DNA of 63,238 bases, the filler included, from Octopus bimaculoides (Eukaryota), in NCBI RefSeq assembly GCF_001194135.2. It is 7 parts of 7 records of this genome, joined end to end, with 100 filler letters (N's around TTAATTAATTAA, not from the genome) between each part and the next. Parts side by side here need not be neighbours in the genome. Positions count along the whole stretch, not along the records: positions 42,709 to 54,336 come from NC_068997.1; positions 54,437 to 57,359 come from NC_069001.1; positions 57,460 to 63,238 come from NC_069005.1; 4 more parts are not named here. The stretch is one strand, 5' to 3'. Of the stretch, positions 52,298-63,238 are shown piece after piece. Under the pieces are notes generated by a model. The model was not told where the DNA came from, searched no databases, and worked only from the letters and a program-made list of their open reading frames with translations. Made by a program: the position numbers and the translations under genes. Position 1 is the first letter of the stretch, and the number at the start of each line of letters is the position of its first letter.

Positions 52298-53124
52298 TTA
52301 TTGATTTTTAGCTAGAAAAGGTTGACAGTACTCTACTAAATTGTATTGAGTAATTCTTCAGTTTAATGTTAAATTATTTTCATGTAGAAACCGATAAACT
52401 GATTTAAACACAAACATTGATGTATTTGTGTCCACACATACACACCCACCCACACACATATGTATGCACTTTATTTTGTTGAGGCTACCAATGGTTTCCT
52501 GTAAGTGAAGTCTTAACAATTATCAAACCTACCACATGGGAACATTGGTACTTGTCTCCAAAATGATAAATTTTCCACCAATGTAGTATTCAGCGCTCAT
52601 TGTTACTGTTCAATATTAGTGTGTGTGTATGGGTGTGTGTTTATGTTGGATTACACATGATGAGTGATGATGATGGTGTTGAGGATATAAGTTCTTACAC
52701 GGAAAAGGTGGACTGTAACTTTGAAGCTTTAGCTCAATGGTCATCATCAGTCTGGTGATGGCTGTGAAACTGAACCTTCAAAATTACTGTCAAACTGTCC
52801 TTAATGAAAGTAGTGAGTGACCTTCAATTTAATGTGAAAATTATTTTTTATATAACTTTATGTAAAAACTGTTATATAAATAAGCAATGTTAATTCTCTA
52901 AACGAGGTATTAACAGTAACTGCACGATAAAGTGAAGTATATTGCCACTTGGGTCAGCCACATTTAAGTGGCAATATACTTCATGTTATATAAATATATA
53001 TCTATTTATTTATTTCCTCTCACGCCATCCATCTCAGGTAGTCATGTTTCTCTTCTGATGCAGGACAGCTTTTCTGTCCATTAAATTTGCTCCCACCAGG
53101 AGAGGTGTCTTGTCCTGCAAGTTA

Positions 53125-53323
53125 CTTATTTGTTTCAGTCATTTGATTACAGCCATGCTGGAGCACCACCTTTAGTCGAACAAATCCATCCCAGGAATTA
53201 TTCTTTGTAATCCTAGAACTTATTCTATCAGTCTTGTTTGCCGAACTTCTAAGTTACGGGGATGTAAACACACCAACATCGATTGTCAAGCGATGGTGTG
53301 GGGACAAACACAGACACACAAAC

Positions 53324-53375
<52 letters not shown>

Positions 53376-53535
53376 GACAGGCTTCTTTCAGTTTCCATCT
53401 ACCAAATCCACTCAAGGCTTTGATTGGCTTGAAGCTATAGTAGAAGACACTTTCCCAAGGTGCCTCACAGTGGGACTGAACCTGGAACCATGTGGTTGGT
53501 AAGCAAGCTACTTACCACAGAGCCACTCCTGCGCC
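53125..53535 (-). mobile_element. SINE family A, full length (partial copies also at about 37160, 42793, 48605, 55735, 59490 and 61243)
   Basis: Reverse complement of the consensus with an expanded internal (TA)n. Confidence 0.92.
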
Positions 53536-54525
53536 TACTTACCATATTATATCTTATACATATTATGCCTCTCGAACACACACTTTCAATTTATTTACCT
53601 TAAAAAAAATTACTTTCTGTTTGTTTCGATTTTGTTATGCCCATGGGATTAAATTTCTCTCTAATGTTCCATTACCAGCGTGTTTGTCTCTTTTACTCAT
53701 AAAAGTGTGTTTTTAGGTGGTGGTGATGGTGGCAGTGGGGATGGTAAACGGTGCCACCAATCCATGTGACAGTGGAAATGCCACAGGCAATAAATAGCAT
53801 TGGTCTCGATAGCAAAGGTGCCGGTAGTAGCAGTGTTGGTGGTGGTGGTGGTATTGACACTTTCAATGACAGTGTGTTGATGGTGGTGGTGGTGGTGATG
53901 TTATCAGAGACAAGGTTGTGTAATCTGGAGAATAGTGATGGTGGTGTTGGTGCCAATGGTTGCTTGCAGTGATGTTGGTGGTGATGTCAGTGGTGGCATT
54001 ATTTCAGGAATCAGAGGGGGAAAAAAAAAAATAAAACAATCCTTCAGTTTTGAAAAAAAAAAAAAAATTAAGAACACCCCCCCCAAAAAAATAATAAATA
54101 CTAAACTAATCTAATGGTGGTTACTATGGATATCTTTTTGATCTCAAAAGTTATATTGTAGCTAACCATGCCAACAAAGGATATATTATACAATGTAAAA
54201 GGGGGAAAAAAAAGAAAGAAAAAAAGAACAAACTAAACAAAGAACACAACAAAGAAACCCCCCACCCCCACCAAAAACATGACATTATCCTATAATATCT
54301 AATCTTTATTCTTGTAGAAAAGTGATTTCATCTTTTNNNNNNNNNNNNNNNNNNNNNNNNNNNNNNNNNNNNNNNNNNNNTTAATTAATTAANNNNNNNN
54401 NNNNNNNNNNNNNNNNNNNNNNNNNNNNNNNNNNNNCCTGACTAATGTTGTAATAACTGCACAACAGATGTTCCTTTCATCTTTACCAACCAACACCTCA
54501 CAACTAATGAACTTGTACGGTGAAA

Positions 54526-54569
<44 letters not shown>

Positions 54570-55029
54570 GAGAGAGAGAGAAAGTCTTATTCAGTATGAA
54601 TTTTCCCTGATATACAGCAGGTGTGTGTGTGTGTCTGTCTGTATACGTATATTATTTTGGATTTAGTCGGCAGAAAATTACAAAAGTCACTCGAGGGCAT
54701 GGCAATTATTAACCCTATATGTGTATGCGTGAGCGTCTGTTTTGCGTGTATGTGAGTGTGTCTGTGTGCGCACGCGCATTAGGTACAACTATAAATCTAT
54801 TTATTTATTTGTATATGTGTATACATACATATACTTACATGTACGTATGTATATACATAGTTCAGTGAAGCTGAACGCTAAACAAGCGGCCTCAGTCTCA
54901 CGCCGTAGCGATCTTCAGTTGTGAAACTCGAGACTCACCAAATAAACATTGACTCTCAGTAAGCCATCTACATGTATTGAGCACTCCACTTTTAATCGTT
55001 ATACAGATCTGTATACATATATATGTACA

Positions 55030-55073
<44 letters not shown>

Positions 55074-55198
55074 TGTCTGTGTCTGTGTGCTCGCGCATGT
55101 AGGTACAGATATAAATGTATTTATTTATATGTACATGTGTCTATACATATATATACTTACATAAATACATATTCATATTATGTGTGTGTGTGTGTGTA

Positions 55199-55725
55199 CA
55201 GAGGTTGGCCAAAATAATGGAATCTCCAGTACATATTTTGCTGTATTCTGTAATCAAGATTAGCCGTTTGTGACAAATTGGATTGCTTGTAAGTGATATG
55301 TAAATGCATTGCTGACATCTGGAGCCTAATGTGATAACGCTGTGTCTAATCTTTTTCAGATACTTGTATTTATATGCAATAAAATGTGTGACCTTACTGA
55401 TTTTCAAAAAGAGGAAACATTGTTGGAGCTCGGACAGCCGGAGCCTCAGTTATTAAAACTGCAGAAAAGTCCATGTTCCGAGTAGTACCTCTCTCTAAAC
55501 TTATGATGGCATTTCAAATGCAAGGGAAAAATGAGCTCTGAAAAGCGTATTTCTGGTCGGACTTCAATACTCTCAGAAAGGGACCGAAGAGCTGTGTTTC
55601 CAAAAATCATAGAACAACTGCAATAAAAGTGACTGCATAATTAAACAAACATCTTGCAAACCCAGTGTCGATGAAAATCGTCCGTCAAGAGTCCCATAGT
55701 GTTGGATAGTCTTTCATCTTGTTTA
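55199..55725 (+). mobile_element. Tc1-like element, 5' part
   Basis: TA|CAGAGGTTGGCCAAAATAATGGAA left end; frameshifted remnant GASVIKTA..LSERDRRAV..HRTTAIKVTA*LNKHLANPVSMKIVRQE, typical of the Tc1 N-terminal HTH region. Confidence 0.85.
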
Positions 55726-55936
55726 AGTTATTAGACTGCGGCCATGCTGGAGCACCGCCATCAAGAAATTTTACAAGAATGAATCGACCCTTGTACTTCT
55801 TATCTTTTTAACCTTCGTACTTATTCTATCAGTCTCTTGGGCCGAACCGCTATGTTATAGAAACGTAAATACACCAAGTGTCAAGTAGTGGTGTGCGGCG
55901 ACAAACACAGAGACATACACACACACGCACACACAA

Positions 55937-55989
<53 letters not shown>

Positions 55990-56313
55990 NNNNNNNNNNN
56001 NNNNNNNNNNNNNNNNNNNNNNNNNNNNNNNNNNNNNNNNNNNNNNNNNNNNNNNNNNNNNNNNNNNNNNNNNNNNNNNNNNNNNNNNNNNNNNNNNNNN
56101 NNNNNNNNNNNNNNNNNNNNNNNNNNNNNNNNNNNNNNNNNNNNNNNNNNNNNNNNNNNNNNNNNNNNNNNNNNNNNNNNNNNNNNNNNNNNNNNNNNNN
56201 NNNNNNNNNNNNNNNNNNNNNNNNNNNNNNNNNNNNNNNNNNNNNNNNNNNNNNNNNNNNNNNNNNNNNNNNNNNNNNNNNNNNNNNNNNNNNNNNNNNN
56301 NNNNNNNNNNNNN

Positions 56314-56932
56314 CTACTCTAGGTACAAGGCCCGAAACTTTTGGAGAAGGGGCCAGTCGATCAGATCGACCCCAGTACGCAACTGGTACTCAATTTACCT
56401 ACCCCAAAAGACAAAGTCGACCTCGGCGGAATTTGAACTCAGAACATAAAAGACGAATTACCGCTAAGCACTTCGCCCGGCGTGCTAACGTTTCTTATTT
56501 CTTTATTGCCCACAAGGGGCTACACACAGAAGGGACAAACAAGGACAGATAAAGGGATTAAGTCGATTACATCGACCCCAATGCGTAACTGGTACCTAAT
56601 TTATCGACCCCGAAAGGAAAGTCGACCTCGGCGGAATTTGAACTCAGAACGTAAAAGACGAAATACCGCTAAGCATTTTGCCCGGCGTGCTAACGTTTCT
56701 AATTTCTTTATTGCTCACAAAGAACTAAACATAGAGGGGGACAAACAAGGACAGACAGAGGGATTAAGTCGATTACATCGACGCCAGTGCGTAACTGGTA
56801 CATAATTTATCGACCCCGAAAGGATGAAAAGCAAAGTCGACCTCGATGGAATTTGAACTCAGAACGTAAAAGCAGACGAAATACTGACAAGCATTTCGAC
56901 CGGCGTGCTAACGATTCTGCCAGCTTACCACC
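56314..56932 (-). mobile_element. Head-to-tail trimer of SINE family B
   Basis: Units 56700-56932 (full head), 56495-56699 and 56314-56494 (both begin at GAAACGTTAGCACGCCGG). Confidence 0.92.
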
Positions 56933-57296
56933 TTTTTCCGAAAACGTTATTTCTAAACACAAAATGATGTCTTTTAATGTATTTAAATACTTAATCTAGT
57001 ATTTATTAGCCTTGCATTGAAGTGTATTATTTAGTGATTTAGCCATTCTGGCCATCGTACTAATAATGAGCAGTGACTGCGCAGCCGAAACGATATAAAG
57101 AAGGCTGTCTATAAACTTCTGAGATGTTTGTGTAAATCGCTATATGAATATGTATGTATATGGTTATTCATATGTACATCTATGTATACATTCATCTCTC
57201 TCTCTCTATGTGTGTGCGTGCGTGTGTGTGTGAGCGCGTGTGTTTTGACCCATACATATATATATATATATACATACATAAATATACATGTATATA

Positions 57297-57359
<63 letters not shown>

Positions 57360-58062
57360 NNNNNNNNNNNNNNNNNNNNNNNNNNNNNNNNNNNNNNNNN
57401 NNNTTAATTAATTAANNNNNNNNNNNNNNNNNNNNNNNNNNNNNNNNNNNNNNNNNNNNACACAACCATGCTGGCACTTATTGTTCACCAATCTGTCCCT
57501 TTTAAACTTGTCTCTCCCCCACTTATAGTATTTTATTTGCCATCTGTTATCTCCCTGCCACTGGTGCCGAGAACATCGTCCTCAACACTAATAACTTCGT
57601 CCTTCACTAGACCTATAGACTTCCCTCATCCCTCTGACCCCCACCCTCATCCTTCATTAGGCCTGAGTGTCTCAGATTGAAATGGTTCACTCTCATCCCT
57701 TCAGTAGGCCTCTATAAAAGAATACATTAGACCATCCCCCATGCCCCTAATTCGTTTCCTCTGGCACGTCTCCCTGCCTTTTGCCTTTCTAAAATACCAG
57801 TCATCATTCCCACTTACACCTCAGAGCTACTTCCATGCTGCAATTGTTTTCTTTCCAGCACACGATCTCAGATCAGGTCGCTTGCTATGCAAGTACATTT
57901 CCATAATATATATATATATAATAAATCAATATTTGGATCAATTCTGAAAATGACCTCCCCTCTTTAGAACTAGCAAACATTTATTTACAACCATTTTCTG
58001 ATTTACCAATGAACTGGTTCGTTAAGTCCCTCATTCATTAATTTTTGTATCTACTTCTGCAG

Positions 58063-58114
58063 CCACACCACCTTGGTATCTTGACCAGAAACGTAAGAAG
58101 CAGGAGGCAATATG
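58063..58114 (+). CDS. LENG1: LENG1-like internal exon (TPPWYLDQKRKKQEAI)
   Basis: Acceptor CTACTTCTGCAG, donor GTAAGT; the PPWY motif occurs in LENG1 upstream of the C-terminal block found at 60302. Confidence 0.7.
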
Positions 58115-58589
58115 GTAAGTCAGATGTTTTGTAATATTGCACTCTAATATAGCATTAACCAATAGCAAACCACTTCCTGTCCTCTTCGTTGCCTTAAGTT
58201 TCTTATGTTGTGTTTTCATGGCAATCTAACTTGCTATGCTTCATTCATCTCATGTTTAGTGACCTCTTCATACTGGAATGGTTTAGACAAGTCTCATAGC
58301 ATAATGCCACTTAACTCTACATCACCTTTCAGTGTGGCCCAACAGCCTGAGATTTGAACCCACTACATTGCCCTGTGATTTCGGTCTTCCAAAATTACCA
58401 ACAGTTGTTACCCTGCGTACATTGTCTGTTATTCACAAAACCAAAATACGTTGACTGGTTTCTTTCTCAGCTGCCTCTCATGTCTAAAGAGATGCAGTCA
58501 ACAAAGAGAGGGTTGGCAATGTCTCCTTCAAAGCTAGGTTCTCAACTCTCTCCTCCTATTATAACACTCTTTGCTTACTTCTTGCTTAT

Positions 58590-58870
58590 AGCTGTCTGTC
58601 AATGTTGACGATGACACTGTCCTCTGGGAGTTTTTTTCCTATATTTTCTGAGTTGATAGATGTGAAAAGAGTCTGGTTCGGGAACGGCATGTGCTTGAAC
58701 ACAGATGACACGCGAAGTTACCCATTATGTTGTTGGTGAGTCTCAGATTACGTTGACATCTCTTTTCCTCCGGTTTCTCACGTCAGATTAGTTCAAAGTG
58801 TGCAGCCCCTTCATTGTTCATTGCAGAGGAAGCACCAGGTTGGTCAGTTCCAAGTAAAGTGCTCAAGTTG
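58590..58870 (-). mobile_element. 3' end of a second RTE family (C-terminal C2H2-like motif)
   Basis: EGAAHFE..EEKRCQR..FACHLCSSTCRSRTRLFSHL*, then CATCGTCAACATTGACAGACAG; lies in a LENG1 intron. Confidence 0.8.
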
Positions 58871-58954
58871 TGCTCTCCAGGCTATAACTGAAAAGTTTAT
58901 TACTGGTTGTTATTGGGAACAAGTTTTTTATTACAAAGGAACGCGTAGATATAT

Positions 58955-59016
<62 letters not shown>

Positions 59017-59892
59017 TCTTTTACTTGTTTCCATTTTTCCCAAGTGTCAAACTAATACACCTGTCTTTGTTTTTCTATAAATTTGAACTATATATATATA
59101 TATATATATATATANNNNNNNNNNNNNNNNNNNNNNNNNNNNNNNNNNNNNNNNNNNNNNNNNNNNNNNNNNNNNNNNNNNNNNNNNNNNNNNNNNNNNN
59201 NNNNNNNNNNNNNNNNNNNNNNNNNNNNNNNNNNNNNNNNNNNNNNNNNNNNNNNNNNNNNNNNNNNNNNNNNNNNNNNNNNNNNNNNNNNNNNNNNNNN
59301 NNNNNNNNNNNNNNNNNNNNNNNNNNNNNNNNNNNNNNNNNNNNNNNNNNNNNNNNNNNNNNNNNNNNNNNNNNNNNNNNNNNNNNNNNNNNNNNNNNNN
59401 NNNNNNNNNNNNNNNNNNNNNNNNNNNNNNNNNNNNNNNNNNNNNNNNNNNNNNNNNNNNNNNATATATATATATATATATATATATAGTGGGCTTCTTT
59501 TCAGTTTCCATCTACCCAATGCACCCACAAGGCTTAGGTCAGACTAGGTCATATAAAACACTTGCCCAAGGTGCTACATAGTGGGACAGAACACAAAACC
59601 ATGTGGTTGGGAAGCAAACTTCTTACCACACAGCCAAACTACACTGGCTAATACACCCTGTCTTTTATTCAAACATAGTGTATCTAGGACTACATTATTT
59701 AATGTATCCTGCCTTTTACTCAGACAGTGATTGAACTCAGGATCATGTGGTTGGGATGCAAAGGTCTTACAGCCACACCTGTATATATAGCCACACCTGT
59801 GCCTATATTGTTTTGAATTAATCATGCATTATTTCATAGCTTCAAAATTTCAATGATGTTATTGTCTATTATTAGAATGCCATTGTAGGATT

Positions 59893-60132
59893 GTGGTGGT
59901 GCAGTGGCCCAGTGGTTGGGACAGCGGACTCACGGTCGGAGATCGCGGTTTTGATTCCCAGACCGGGCGTTGTGTATGTTTACAGAGCGAAAACACCTAA
60001 AGCTCCACGAGGCTCTGGCAGGGGTGGTGGCGACCCCTGTTGTACTCTTTCACCCCAACTTGCTCTCACTCTTTCTTCCTTTTGTTTCTTGAGTAACGCT
60101 GCGATGGACTGGTGTCCCGTCCAGCTGGTGGG
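59893..60132 (+). mobile_element. SINE family E
   Basis: GGTGCAGTGGCCCAGTGGTTGGGACAGCGGACTC..GGTTTTGATTCCCAGACC. Confidence 0.88.
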
Positions 60133-60301
60133 NNNNNNNNNNNNNNNNNNNNNNNNNNNNNNNNNNNNNNNNNNNNNNNNNNNNNNNNNNNNNNNNNNNN
60201 NNNNNNNNNNNNNNNNNNNNNNNNNNNNNNNNATTCCTTTCTTTTTTTTTTTTGCTAAAATAAAGGATCAAATGTTTCACACTTTTGTTTATATTTTGCA
60301 G

Positions 60302-60559
60302 CACGACAAGAAGACAACAAAGAAAATCAAGACGAAATCATCATCAAAGTCCTCGGAAACTTCTTTGGAACAGCTCCGAGCTGAACGTCTACAAAGGGAG
60401 AACAAAGAGAAGGAGAAAGCTAAAATGTTGTTTGCTAAGTTGAACAAGGGGTCAGTTCCTGAAAAGAGCAGTAAGACTACCATTGACTCCGACAGAGACA
60501 GACGATACAGTAGCCAATATAACCCTTCTTTTGCACGGCAGAATAAACCCAGGAACTAA
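60302..60559 (+). CDS. LENG1: Terminal coding exon of a LENG1 (leukocyte receptor cluster member 1) homologue
   Basis: Acceptor TATATTTTGCAG; SLEQLRAERLQRE..E..KAKMLFAK..DRRYSSQYNPSFARQ matches the LENG1 C-terminus as I recall it (SLDQLRAERLRRE..RRRYNSQFNPQLAR); TAA at 60557-60559. Confidence 0.88.
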   Translation, partial: HDKKTTKKIKTKSSSKSSETSLEQLRAERLQRENKEKEKAKMLFAKLNKGSVPEKSSKTTIDSDRDRRYSSQYNPSFARQNKPRN

Positions 60560-60616
60560 GGGCAGTGGAGGGGGGTCATTTAAGCAACCAGATCAGCCGT
60601 GATAGAACAGATCTAT

Positions 60617-60950
60617 GATTCCAGTGATGACCATCCCTTCATATTTTTTTCAGGGGTGGTGGACCTTGGACTCTATTATCCAAAGAGTTCTCTTTGTTTT
60701 TTGATTCCAGTGATGACCATCTCTTCATATTTTTTCAGGGATGGTGTACCTTGGACTCTATTATCCAAAGTCTTCTCTTTGTTTTTTGATTCCAGTGACG
60801 ACCATCTCTTCATACTCTTCATATTTTTTCAGGGATGGTGTACCTTGGACTCTATTATCCAAAGGGTTCTCTTTGTTTTTTTGATTCCAGTGATGACCAT
60901 CTCTTCGTATTTTTTCAGGACTCTAGTATCCCAAGGTTCTCTTTTTTTTT
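60617..60950 (+). repeat. About 85-bp minisatellite, 3 full units and 1 deleted unit, in the presumed LENG1 3' UTR
   Basis: Units start GATTCCAGTGA(T/C)GACCATC at 60617, 60703, 60788 and 60883. Confidence 0.95.
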
Positions 60951-63107
60951 AAACACATGAGCATGTGCTTTGAGGAATATTTGACTGCTATTTCTAGCAG
61001 GTCAAACACCCACATCTATACTGTTTCATGGACTTCAAATCAAAAAGCTGGTTGTGTAGCCCTGATGGAGTGGACCTGTGGTCAGTGGTTTCCTAGCTGG
61101 AACCATATCCATTCTATCCTTCTCTTTTGTCAAAACAGTAAGGTGTGATTTGGCTGCTATTTTTAGCATGTTGATCTACCACATACAATTTGTAGACCCC
61201 TTTGACTCCAACTTTACTGGGATGAACCCTCCTGGCCATTTAGGTGCAGACATGGCTGTGTGGTAGGAAGCTTGCTTCACAACCACATGGTTACAGGTTC
61301 AGTCTCACTGCGTGGCACTTTGGGCAAGTGTCTTTTACTATAGCCTTGAGATGATCAAAGCCCTGTGAGTGGATTTAGTGGACAGTATTAATGTCTACCA
61401 AATTTGCTCACAAGGCTTTGGTCATCAGTTTACAATTTGGAGCGAGGGGGTCACTGGAGTGGAGAAGAGATAATATATTTCATTTTTGTCTTTGGTTTGC
61501 AAGATTCTTGATGTAGACTTGTGTGTTGAAACAGGTTTTGTTGTACTGTGGGTGGGTCATTTTGCCAATAATAAACACATGCACTGTTTCAATTTCACTT
61601 CTTTATTATTTAACTAACTAATCAATTGTTTAATTATTTAGTTAATCAATCAGCTACGATTGTCAAAGACTTTTCATCACCATGCTCTCTCCAGGTCAGA
61701 CTGGTGGAAAGCTATTTTAGTAGATGCATGACTACTAAACTGAGTTTTGTACTATATGGTTCTTCTGTTAGAGAATAGAAGACACGTCAATGAAGAGGCT
61801 GCAAATGGCAATAAAAAAGATCTAGAACAAACATCTGATTGAAATGATTAAAAGAATGATTAGTCAAACAATTGATTAGATAAGTGGCTAAATAACTAGC
61901 CAATTGACAAAATGAAAAGGAACCAGTGAGTGTGTTGTTATTGGTGTAACGATCCTCTCCCAAAATAATGTACGTAATTCCTCATCTCTTAAATATAGAA
62001 CTGAAAAAAAAAAATATATTACCTGTAATATTCTCCAAGACATGGCAAAAATGTTACAGCTATGATACCATCTGGAAGTGTAATCTTTTATAAAGTTGGT
62101 AAAAGAAATAAATTCAAAAGGATAAAATTTATAAAATATTTATTTAATTTTTGGTAAAGTTTCATTTTTGTAACACTTAGAATCAGAACAGTTTTAGAGA
62201 TTTTCTTTGACTGAAAATCTCTAAAAGATCCACATAGTTTCTTTTCAGAGGAGTGAGACTGTGTGTTTTAAAAAAAATTGGTACCTTGCCAAAATTTAGA
62301 TTTAATTATAGTCAGTCAAATGCCTTTATGAATAATAACCTCGTCAGATCTGAAACAATCCAAATAATCGTGTGTAACAAAATTTCTATTTTATTTTTGT
62401 CATTTGTCAATAAGTGTCATTTCCTATTTGCTTCTATCTAGAAATCAAAGGAAATGACTACTATTCCCTTCAAACTTTGCTTTTCTGTCCTGGACATCAA
62501 TGTTTTGAAACTGAACTATTTTCCATTACGTTTCAGTGCTGAGTTACTGAAGCAGAAATATCGTGATAGCAAATATTCTGCTCGATACCACAGATTTGCT
62601 TGTCAGTTGCTTAACCTGTAACCAGTTGAGCATGTCCCTTAGTGGCTGACAATCTGTGCATCTCTGATCATGAGCAGGAGTAGTGGGGGAGTATCATAGC
62701 CATGTGTTAAGAGGGATTCTTTGGAGTTTTAATAAATATTGTAACAAAAGCAAAGTTTGAAGGAAATATTAGCCATTTTTCATATTTTCTAGCAGTAAGC
62801 AAATAGGAAATAACAGTTACCACCCAAGGACAAAAATCATGTTGCACAGTGTAATTAAATGGGGCAGAATCTATGCTTCACTGCAACTCAAATATTTATG
62901 AAAAATTCTACTTGACCAAACATGGATAGGTGGTTCGTTAACACTGACATTTCTATTATGCAACCCAAGGGTTGTGTAATGAAATGTGTTTGATAGAATT
63001 ATTATTCATAAGGGCTCTCTCACTCATGGTTTTTTTTTTACTGTTCTGAGATTCAAGAGAGGACCAGACAAGCTTTGAATAACTAACTAATGACAAAAAA
63101 TGTGTGT

Positions 63108-63156
<49 letters not shown>

Positions 63157-63160
63157 CATA

Positions 63161-63238
63161 CAGGGTGTCCACAAAGTCTGGGTACATGGAGTAAATAAAA
63201 TCATAAAATAAACAAGAAATAATAATTTCTTAAAGTAT
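63161..63238 (+). mobile_element. Left end of a Tc1/mariner-type element
   Basis: TA|CAGGGTGTCCACAAAGTCTGGGTACATGG, a typical CAGGGTG TIR start; runs off the window. Confidence 0.65.

Noticed and set aside
57055-57100. ATAATGAGCAGTGACTGC..GCCGAAACGATA as a third hammerhead (also weak motifs near 52745 and 1690)
   Set aside because: CUGAUGA core is broken and stems I and II do not register with GAAA.
59893-59965. tRNA-like sequences at SINE heads as tRNA genes
   Set aside because: Stems do not close into a cloverleaf and each continues into a repeated SINE body.

Overview
Eukaryotic, AT-rich, repeat- and microsatellite-dense draft-assembly DNA with many N gaps. The SINE, RTE and Penelope families look like those of octopus; this is an inference from recognised repeat consensus, not a database result. 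Most of the window is transposon debris: mariner, Tc1, piggyBac, hAT, Chapaev-like, Helitron, RTE, CR1/L2, R4/Dong, Penelope-like elements and several tRNA-headed SINE families, often nested. The only host gene I recognise is LENG1, with two + strand exons at 58063-58114 and 60302-60559. An unidentified multi-exon gene may run on the - strand from about 26.3 kb to 2.9 kb. The most notable signals are: (i) two minimal hammerhead-ribozyme cores, each inside an inverted, Penelope-style junction, one of them in a short element combining a tRNA-like/B-box head, (AAT)n and a hammerhead (a candidate Penelope-mobilised ribozyme SINE); (ii) a SINE trimer with identical junctions; (iii) three R4/Dong fragments stacked in (TAA)n; and (iv) a hairpin-forming minisatellite just after the LENG1 stop. 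No CRISPR array, rRNA or intact tRNA gene was seen. Coordinates of decayed repeats are approximate.
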